This document shows positions 57,278 to 64,000 of a stretch of 64,000 nt of DNA, piece by piece; the stretch's first letter is position 1; each line of letters begins with the position of its first letter. A model generated the notes under the pieces. It saw only the letters and a program-made list of their open reading frames with translations, was not told the origin of the DNA and ran no database searches. The stretch comes from Squalus acanthias (lineage: Eukaryota): positions 136,030,001 through 136,094,000 of the forward strand of contig CM059431.1 in NCBI GenBank assembly GCA_030390025.1, in the 5' to 3' direction. The position numbers and the translations under genes were made by a program.

Positions 57278-60200
57278 TGTACTTAGGGCACAGAGTAGAC
57301 AAAGATGGTTTACATCCAACCAAGGGAAAGCTGGATACACTCAGAAATGCATCCATTCCCAAGAATGTCTCTGAACTTCAATCATTTTTGGGTCTTTTGA
57401 ATTATTACGGAAAATTCCTCCCAAACTTGGCTACATTGTTACATCCACTGAATGAGCTGTTGAGAAAATAGGTCCCTTGGAAGTGGTCAAAAGAATGTGA
57501 CACAGCATTCAAAGAGTGTAAAAGCCAGTTTGTAGAGAGTACCATGTTAGTTCACCATGATGTATCTAAGGAGATCAAGCTAGCGTGTGACGCCTCTCCG
57601 TATGGAGTTGGGGCAGTGATCTCTCATGTACTAGATAGTGGGGAGGAGAGACCAATTGCTTTTGCTTCACGCACTCTCAGTGCCAGTGAGCAGAATTATG
57701 CGCAGATCGAAAGGGAAGCTTTGACAATGATTTTTGGGGTCAAGAAGTTTCACAAATACTTGTTTGGTCGTAAATTTACCATAGTTACTGACCGCAATCC
57801 TCCATCCAAAGTCCCCAGTTCCAACCTTAGCTGCAGCCCGAATACAGAGATGGGCTTTGATTTTGTCAGCGTATAGGTATGACATTGAGTACAGATGATC
57901 AGCTGATCACAGTAATGCTGATGCTATGTCCAGGTTGCCATCCCCATCACAAGTTACACCCAATAAGGAAGAAGTGTTCTATTTCTCATACATTAATGAG
58001 CTGCCAGTCATAGTTGAAGAGATTGATAGGGCAATCAAACGTGACCCAATTATGTCAAAGGTGTATGATTACATAGCAAATGGATGGTCAAACCAGGTAT
58101 CAGAGGAATATATCCATCCATACTTCATTCGTAGAAATGAATTGTCAGTGGATAAAGATTGTATCATGTGGGGAGCAAGAGTGGTTATCCCAAATAGGTT
58201 CAGGTCTAAATTGTTAGGAGATCTTCATGACCAGCATCTGGGAACGTGCTTGACCAAGTGTTTTGCACGCAGTTACTTATGATGATCAGGTTTAGATAAA
58301 GAGATAGAGTATATAGTCAGCCAGTGTACAACATGTCAATCGGTGAGTAAGAAACCACCATCAGTACCATTACAGCCATGGAAATGGCCTCCCAGAGTGT
58401 GGCAAAGGTTACATGTAGATTTTGCTGAGCTAGAAGGACAGCAATTGTTCATAGTGATAGATAGTCACTCGAAGTGGGTAGAGGTGTTTCCGATGCGGAT
58501 AATAACAACAAGCAAAACACTAGACAATTTGCAAATATTGTTTTCTTCATACGGCCTCCCAGAAGAAATCGTGTCTGATAATGGGCCGCAATTTTGTTCA
58601 GAAGAGTTCACAGCTCATGAGCAGAAATGGTGTGAAACATACCAAAGTTTCACTGTACCACCCTGCTTCAAATGGTGCAGCAGAGCGCACAGTCCAAATG
58701 CAGGTGCAGCAAGCCATTAGGAAGGCAAATGGAATGCTGGCCTTCATTACAAGAGGATTTGAGTACAGGAGTAAAGAAGTCTTACTCCAATTATATAGGA
58801 CCTTGGTGAGACCGCACCTGGAGTACTGTGTACAATTTTGGTCTCCTTACCTAAGGAAGGATATACTTGCCATAGAGGGAGTGCAACAAAAGTTCACGAG
58901 ATTGATTCCTGGGATGGCGGGACTGTCGTATGAGAAGAGATTGAGTAAACTAGGCCTGTATTCTCTTGAATTCAGAAGAATGAGGAGGGATCTCATTGAA
59001 GCATACAAAATTATTACAAGGCTTGATAGGGTGGATGCTGGGAGAATGTTTCCCTTGGCTGGGGAGTCTAGAACCAGGGACCACAGCCTCAGGATAAAGG
59101 GTAAGCTATTCAGGACTGAGAAGAGAAGAAATTTCTTCACACAGAGGGTGGTGAATCTTTGGAATTCTCTACCCCAGAGGGCTGTGGAGGCTCAGTCATT
59201 GGGTATATTCAAAACAGAAGTCGATAGATTTCTGACTAGTAAGGGCATCAAGGGATATGGCGATAGGGCCGGTGAATGGAATTGAGGCAGAAGATCAGCC
59301 ATGATCTCATTGAATGGCGGAGCAGGCTCGAAGGGCCGAATGGCCTACTGCTCCTATTTCTTATGTTCTTATAAAACTAAAGAAACGTCAGTTGTCGTTG
59401 GACCACAAACTGGCAAATTTTCTGATTACCTATCGGAATACTCCTCATACAACTACTGGTAGAAAACCAGAAGAGTTGTTTCTCAAACGACAGCCACGAA
59501 CCAGGTTCTCGTTGTTAAAGCCAAACTTGGCACAGTCTGCAGAAGAGAAACAATCAAGGCAGAAAGAGAGTCATGATAAAGGTAGAGTTAGAGACATAAG
59601 TGTGAAGTTGAACCAGAAGGTTAGAGTGAAGAACCATCACCATAAATGGTTAAAGTGGTTACCAGGAAAAGTAGTGAAGATATTGTGGCCCTCGCACATA
59701 TTTGGTCAAGATTTTTGATCATGGAAAGGTTATGTTTGTTCACATTGATCATATCTTACCTACAGATGTGGAAGGAGTTGAAAGCTGGGATGATTCAATT
59801 TATTCTGATGAGTCAGATAGTCTTGTTACAAGTAGAGTACCAGTAGCAAGACCTACATCAGATGTACCAGAAACAATTCGAAGACAAAGTCAGAATTTAA
59901 GTCTGAGCGTGAGTCAGGCAGACAAACAGTCTGAAAGTGTAGAGAGTCCAAATGTAGATCAAGGTCAGCCCTTGGAGAAAAATGCTTCTCAGGCTCAGCC
60001 TAGAATGAGTCAAAGTCCTACAACAAGATCTGAAAGTTCTGTTCAAGAAAGAAGGTATCCTCTTCAAAATAGAAAACCAGTGGTAAAGTTTAATCTGTAA
60101 ATATGGAAAATAAGTTCATATCTTTTGTTTGTGTAACAGAATTCTATAGTAGAATTTAGAAACATAAAATGGATTCCATTTGAGAAATGTATACCAAGAG

Positions 60201-60392
60201 TTGTGTATACCATGCAAGTCATGTACAATGGTTATTTGCTTTGATTAACTTCTTCAATAAGGAGGGAGAATTGTAATAGTGCCACCTGGTGGACTACTGA
60301 TGTATATTAATAAAGCACATGGGCAGTACAGTTCTTACTGGAAGCCGTGTTGTGCAGTTGTGTATATATATGCTGTGTCCCAAGATATCACA
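57278..60392 (+). mobile_element. 5'-truncated Ty3/Gypsy element (Mag-like), degraded; PPT ~60259-60271 and short 3' LTR ~60272-60392
   Basis: YLGH..FLGLLNYYGKF, ACDASPYGVGAV, LHVDFA..SDNGPQF..SNGAAER, YRNTPHTTTG; many stops. Confidence 0.87.
58698..59370 (+). mobile_element. CR1 3' fragment inserted in the Mag-like integrase
   Basis: AERTVQ switches to MQVQQAIRKANG...; tail ttcttatgttctt; integrase resumes afterwards. Confidence 0.93.
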
Positions 60393-60651
60393 CTGTTTAA
60401 CTACTTAAAGGAAAGTTGATGGTATTCTGCACCCATTTTAATCTGGATTTGAACAGTAATTATGTGCACAGTGCAGCATACAATGCTGGCAAACCTGTGA
60501 ATATGGTGCAGCAAATGAAACATTGGGTCTTTAGATTACAGACAGGCATGAGCTGGAAGTATGCCCCGCCGTTATTTATTCACATCTTATTATCTCTAAA
60601 GCAGATTTTTCTGTCCCTTCTTTTCCTTGATGATGTTTGTTTTCTTCTCAG

Positions 60652-60817
60652 GCCGTTTCTGAATTACCAGAGAATGTACTATGTCTTCATGCAGATGCTC
60701 TCAACAGGGCCGGCCTGGTTAGGGATTATCCTGCTAATAACAGTCAGCCTCCTTCCGGATGTAGTTAAAAAAGTGATCTGCAGGCAGCTTTGGCCAACAG
60801 CAGCGGAGAAAGTTCAG
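60652..60817 (+). pseudogene. atp11a: atp11a near-terminal exon: PFLNYQRMYYVFMQMLSTGPAWLGIILLITVSLLPDVVKKVICRQLWPTAAEKVQ (TM10)
   Basis: ctcag| ... |gtaacg; ATP11A-like C-terminal TM peptide. Confidence 0.95.
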
Positions 60818-63424
60818 GTAACGTTCAGTGGACGGCGTCAGAAATTAACAGTAATTGAGAGCAGCAATTGCTGTCTGAGTGTGCAGTGCATCGCAACTGG
60901 CAATGAACATATTGATGCTTTTCATTCAGGTAAAAGACAAAAATAGATTGTGGGAGAAATGTTGCTCAGTGTTTCACAAAATTCACAGCTGTTTGGTACC
61001 CAACAGATTAATTGAGTGCTAAGTTTAAAGAATGTGGATACATACTGAATTGTATATTACTTTTAATTATGCGGCACTCACAGAGAGCAAATAGCCATTA
61101 CTCTGTGATTGGCAGATAGCTGCAGCTCAGACAGTTTAGCCCTGAATTTCCTCAGGCCCGAGGGAGTAATCTGGGCAAGTGAGGGATGGGAAATGGGATA
61201 GGACAAAGTTGACATCAGGTCTAATCCCCAGAGCAGACCCTGAGAGTTTCCTCTGAGGGAAGTGCGGAGTGGGCAATAGTTTCAGCTGCCGTTAGAATCC
61301 TGTGTGCAAAGGAGGCAGGGCCGGTGGGTCAACATTTGCTACTGCTGTGTCTGACCCGAATGAATTGGGCACCAGCAAGCTACTGGTGTTCGGTTGTGTG
61401 GAGCAGCATAAGTGAGGCCCGCAGGATGTTCCAAACTCGGGTCAGGTCCTGGAAGGAACACACCTGTATAAAGGGGATAATTTCAAATTGAAACAACTGT
61501 TTAAACCTGCTGCTACCTGCTTAGCTCTCAAGCAACTAGCAAGTACCTCATTTTGCTCCCCTGCACCTCCCTGGCAGGTGCTCAAGATGTACCAATACTA
61601 GCACGATGCCTACCTGTATTTTGATTTCCTGGCCCCAGAAACTCTCAGCAGGGTTGCACGTGGAGTCAGGGTCCCAGGTCAACGTCAGGGTTACAGGTCG
61701 TCAGAAGGGTTAGAGTTGTAGGTTGTTAGCAGGGTTAAAGTCGTATGTTGCCAGCAGGATGTGATTCCTGCTCTGCCATAGTTACCGTGGAAAAGTGGGA
61801 TGGTCGGTTTTTATCCCCATTATTTCTTGTGTCAAAGAATTGGATAGAATCCCTAGGGAATTTGAAGCACTTTTGCTTTTTCGTTATATCCATTACAAGT
61901 GGGTCCAAGTGTAGTGTTGAAGTTAAACTCCCTGTGGTTGAACTTTACCAATTAAAGAAACCCAGAACACTTGCTCTACATTAGTAGCAAAAAACATTCA
62001 CACCAACCTTACCTTGTTGAATAGCCTCAATTGCCTCACAAATTGGCTCCAATGTACTGCTAGCTTTTTGTCCAATGTTGTAGCAATAGGTTGTACTTGC
62101 CGCTGGACTGCTTCTACTGCTGATGTTGCTCAACGACCTTTGCTATGCCACTACCTGCTCAGGTTTTGTGGCCGTGGACTCTGCTTCACTCCGTACTGCC
62201 TTTCTGATATTCCTCATCACTGGCTGGCTCTTCATGCTGTGCAATAACTTCCTCATCTCCACCAGTCTCCTGAATTACTCTTCTACCTTCTTCAGCTTCC
62301 TAGTCTTCAGTACTCCAGCCTCCTGGATTTTACTCCTCCTCCTCTGTTGGTCTCTGGATCTTCTGATCTTCATTGTTAGCACCTGTAACTACTTTGCAGC
62401 TCTGATGGACCCTGGATTTACTTGTGCTGGATCTACTGCCACTGGTTCTTAGTCGACTCTCCACTCCTTTATTGGCTCCCTGAATCCACTAGTTTTTCCA
62501 ATTGCAACCCCTGCCAGTGCATTGGCTGACTGTCTGCTACCTTTGCCCTTCCAAGTGTTCCCAAATCCACTTTTGCTCTTCTATCATCTCCAAACCGGAC
62601 CTCTCTCCTTATGACTGATAGCTGCTCAAAGCTCCTCCTCACACTGTCTTCAAGTGGTGTACAGTGCCTCCTGCTCCTCCCTCTCTCATTTGGGACTATT
62701 TTATATACCCTCTTCTCTGCCCTCAGTTTTAAGCCTTGTTTTGTGTAAATCTCCATCTTACCATCAAAAAGTAATTCAGGCTTACTTTTGTAACCACTTG
62801 TGTGCACACCTTGCCCCAAGTCACCTACTCTTATTTCCCTTTCTCTGGCCCTTCCTGGAATCTGCTCACCTCTCCTATTCCACTCATCCAACCATCCAAC
62901 CTTTCAACTCCACCTTCTCCAACATCCAATGTTTAGTGATCCTTACTCCAACGTCCATTACTCCTCAACCTATTTTATCTCCTGCTGCCATCCCAGTCTT
63001 GAATCTTTGTAAATGAGTCATAGCTTTGCCTTCTGCCTTGCTTGGCATTCTCCACCAGACCCATTGTGACAGCCATCATTGCCTTTCTGTGAGTAGTAGC
63101 CTCAATTACCCATCCATCTTCTCTCCTTGTCCATCTCAGCCAACATGCTCCTCAGGAGGTAATCTCTTCACCTTCCTTCTCATTCCAGTTACTCAACCCA
63201 TTGCCCAGAGACCTCCAAGGACTCTGCTACCAGATCTACAATCATTAACCCTCTCTGTATTTCTCTCGAGAATGGTCACTCACTCACAAAGAAGGTGCTC
63301 TCTGTCCATGAGCCATGAAACTGACCAAAACATGGCTCAGGGGGTGATGATTCCCTCTTTTCTGCACTGAAACAGCCCCAAAAAAGTCATGACTAACATT
63401 CTATGTGACTGTTGTGCATTATTC

Positions 63425-63660
63425 CTCCTTTTGGATGAGTCCACAGCATTGGACACGTTCAACCAAGCCATCCTTTTCAGTACCTCTGCTTCGTTGTCCA
63501 GCTCCATGGGGTAGCCCTCACATAGTTACAGTCCTTACTTTCTCAGCACCAGAGCATCCCCAGCATTAGCTTCCCTTCCCACCTCAGGAGTCCCCCAAGG
63601 ATCCTTCCTTGGCCCCCTCCTCTTCCCCATCTACATGTTGCCCCTTGGTGACACCTTCTG
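63425..63660 (+). mobile_element. Old L2-like RT fragment
   Basis: Degenerate LD.S.A.DT and GVPQGS.LGPLLF..Y coding remnants. Confidence 0.55.
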
Positions 63661-63661
63661 C

Positions 63662-64000
63662 ATAGAATCATAGAAAGTTACAGCACGGAAGGAGGCCATT
63701 TCGGCCCAACCTGTCCGCGCCGGCGAACAAAGAACTATCCAGCCTAATCCCACTTCCCAGCTCTTGGCCCGTACCCCTGCAGGTTAGAGCATCCCAAGTG
63801 CACATCCAAGTACTTTTTAAATGTGGTTAGGGTTCCTGCCTCTACCACCCTTTCAGGCAGTGAGTTCCAGACCCCCACAACCCTCCGGGTGAAGAAATTT
63901 CCCCTCAAATCCCCTCTAAACCTTCCACCAATTACTTTAAATCTGTGCCCCCTGGTTTTTGACCCCTCTGCTGAGGGAAATAGGTCCTTTCTATCCACTT
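63662..64000 (-). mobile_element. CR1 LINE 3' end (runs off the window)
   Basis: ORF 63744-63998 TRGHRFK..FFTRRVVGVWNSLP; atagaatcatagaa tail. Confidence 0.92.

Larger units (their letters stand above)
18681..60817 (+). pseudogene. atp11a: P4-ATPase phospholipid flippase ATP11A, disrupted multi-exon copy
   Basis: AG/GT-bounded exons in the correct order encoding ATP11A-like peptides (see exon entries). Disabled by a frameshift, an exonic LINE, a motif deletion and missing exons. Confidence 0.88.

Noticed and set aside
57278..57362. N-terminus of the 651-aa ORF 55407-57362
   Set aside because: The first ~27 aa are antisense of the neighbouring Mag-like element; the ORF is a junction artefact.
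58581..59285. Integrase-LINE fusion ORF
   Set aside because: Chance in-frame CR1 insertion into a dead Gypsy integrase.
60416..60946. 176-aa ORF as a standalone gene
   Set aside because: Only 60652-60817 is an atp11a exon; the flanks are intron.

Overview
Vertebrate genomic DNA, most likely a cartilaginous fish, judging by the abundant CR1/L2 LINEs and a Deu-domain SINE. The backbone is a decayed, plus-strand copy of the P4-ATPase lipid flippase gene atp11a. It has recognisable spliced exons at 18.7-60.8 kb, but also a frameshift, a LINE inserted inside an exon, loss of the TM4 PVSM motif and many missing exons. Its introns are packed with retroelements. The most striking element is an apparently intact, very young 12.7-kb provirus (28539-41258). 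It has near-identical ~1.65-kb LTRs, a CCAAC target-site duplication and a tRNA-Arg primer-binding site. Its gag and pol are in one frame separated by a UGA-CUAG readthrough-type stop, Pol carries two RNase H domains, and Env looks like a paramyxo/pneumovirus F-type fusion protein with an immunoglobulin-like domain in front. This architecture points to a lokiretrovirus-like element. The window also holds a degraded endogenous foamy-virus-like provirus (755-12799). Nested inside it are a young Gypsy element that seems to self-prime, a MITE and a CR1. Two further truncated Gypsy elements and several minisatellites complete the window. All homology calls come from motif recognition by eye, not database searches.
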